A stretch of DNA of 60,732 bases, filler included, from Hausera hauseri (lineage: Eukaryota): the NCBI GenBank assembly GCA_046269625.1. It is 11 parts of 11 records of this genome, joined end to end, with 100 filler letters (N's around TTAATTAATTAA, not from the genome) between each part and the next. Parts side by side here need not be neighbours in the genome. Positions count along the whole stretch, not along the records: positions 50,905 to 60,732 come from JBJURY010282172.1; 10 more parts are not named here. The stretch is one strand, 5' to 3'. Positions 59,769 to 60,732 of this stretch are shown here, one piece after another; within the stretch, counting starts at the first letter, position 1, and every line of letters begins with the position of its first letter. The position numbers and the translations under genes are program-made. The notes beneath the pieces are model-generated. The model was not told the DNA's origin. It ran no database searches and saw only the letters and a program-made list of their open reading frames with translations.

Positions 59769-60460
59769 TGCTCTCCGTGGTGAACGGGCGGACCGGAAGT
59801 ACTTGCCCTCACAACTTCCAATTAGCGGAAGTCACGTAGCCACATCGTGCAAAGAGCCAATTTAAAAAAAACTTGAAACAAACGGTTTTGCAGTAACCAT
59901 AGGAAAAAATACAAATAAAATACCAAAATAGGCCTTTACATCCGGTCAACTAAAATAAAACAGGAAGTGGTTTCAAAATAAAAGCATAATGTTTACAATT
60001 TCTGTAATGAACATTGAAACGGTTACAGAACATTGTCAGAACATCCGTCCAATATGGAAAAAAGTTTTAGTATACACTCAAATTCCTTCAATAAAATAGT
60101 AATATTTATTTGATTTTTTCAAATAAATATTACAAGAAGGCCGGATGTGCGGCTGAGATCCACACTCCTTACCAGTAGGCGGCGGTAATGCACACCGATA
60201 AGTTGCTTGTTAACCGCCATTAAAACAAGAAGAAGAAGAAGATGTGCGGCTGAGATTCTCGCGAGACGCTGTGCGTGAGTACAATGAGACACTGGTAAGC
60301 TAAAGATATTCATAGCAAACATTTAAGAAAAACAAACATAAAAGTAAAATCTTCCTGTGAAAACTAACAACTGTCTTTTTCGATAAATACAAACAAACTG
60401 GAAGAGGATACGTTAGAGAGCTTGGAGTTTTTCGTGGACGAATACTTTGACCGATTCGTT

Positions 60461-60732
60461 ATGGGAAAGCCGAAGTTAGCCGCGGCCGCTAGCACATCAA
60501 CACCCGGTTCTAAGCGCGTTCGGTCGGATGGCTCGGCATCCAGCCCCACGACAACTCCTGAAAAAAGCTTCACGGATATCCTGGAGTCCATTGATCAGAA
60601 GCTAACTAGCTTGGATGGCCGACTCGCTCTGGTGGAGGCTCTCCACAAAGAATTTCAGAGTCTTAGAGAGTCTCTGGAGTTCAGTCAGCAACAGGTAGCC
60701 GAGTTGGCTAACGACAACCATCAGCTGAGAGA
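60461..60732 (+). CDS. Probable non-LTR retrotransposon ORF1 N-terminus (coiled coil), runs off the window
   Basis: MGKPKL..KRVRSD..ILESIDQKLTSLDGRLALVEALHKEFQSLRESLEFSQQQVAELANDNHQLR: heptad pattern typical of teleost LINE ORF1. Confidence 0.55.
   Translation, partial: MGKPKLAAAASTSTPGSKRVRSDGSASSPTTTPEKSFTDILESIDQKLTSLDGRLALVEALHKEFQSLRESLEFSQQQVAELANDNHQLR

Larger units (their letters stand above)
51901..59859 (+). mobile_element. Full-length ISL2EU-type (PIF/Harbinger-related) DNA transposon, 7959 bp
   Basis: Imperfect TIRs TGGCTATGTGCACAATATGGCT / TGGCTCTTTGCACGATGTGGCT, AT on both flanks (51899-51900, 59860-59861), convergent THAP-DDE and YqaJ genes. Confidence 0.9.

Overview
This is not a contiguous locus. 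It is a pseudo-scaffold of 11 eukaryotic contigs (1-5267, 5368-9920, 10021-14449, 14550-19002, 19103-25182, 25283-29820, 29921-36495, 36596-40711, 40812-45397, 45498-50804, 50905-60732) joined by artificial 100-bp spacers (44 N + TTAATTAATTAA + 44 N). Most contigs are AT-rich invertebrate-type DNA dominated by mobile elements. The last contig and parts of contigs 2 and 3 look teleost-like, so a fish parasite plus host mixture is plausible (inference). The most interesting signal is a large Ty3/Gypsy LTR-retrotransposon family pieced together from four contigs. In contig 9 a chuvirus-type envelope glycoprotein lies upstream of, and in the same reading frame as, protease-RT-RNaseH-integrase, with a linker carrying PSAP and LYPxxxL late-domain-like motifs. 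A close relative in contig 5 (integrase about 86% identical by eye) shows the 3' half: integrase, an FN3-like type-I membrane protein, an approximately 800-aa DEDDh-like pseudo-nuclease/RING fusion behind a conserved splice acceptor, PPT, a 750-bp LTR, a tRNA-Arg-like PBS and a gag start. Contigs 3 and 2 hold diverged copies of this accessory module. Also present: decayed Polinton/Maverick pieces (capsid, adenain, two pPolB, IAP-type RING), a CsRn1-clade Gypsy, a mariner fragment, a TTAA fold-back MITE split by a lox-like direct repeat, a covarying tandem hairpin array, and an apparently intact fish ISL2EU transposon (THAP-DDE plus SWIM-YqaJ). All family assignments come from motif recognition by eye; no database search was run.
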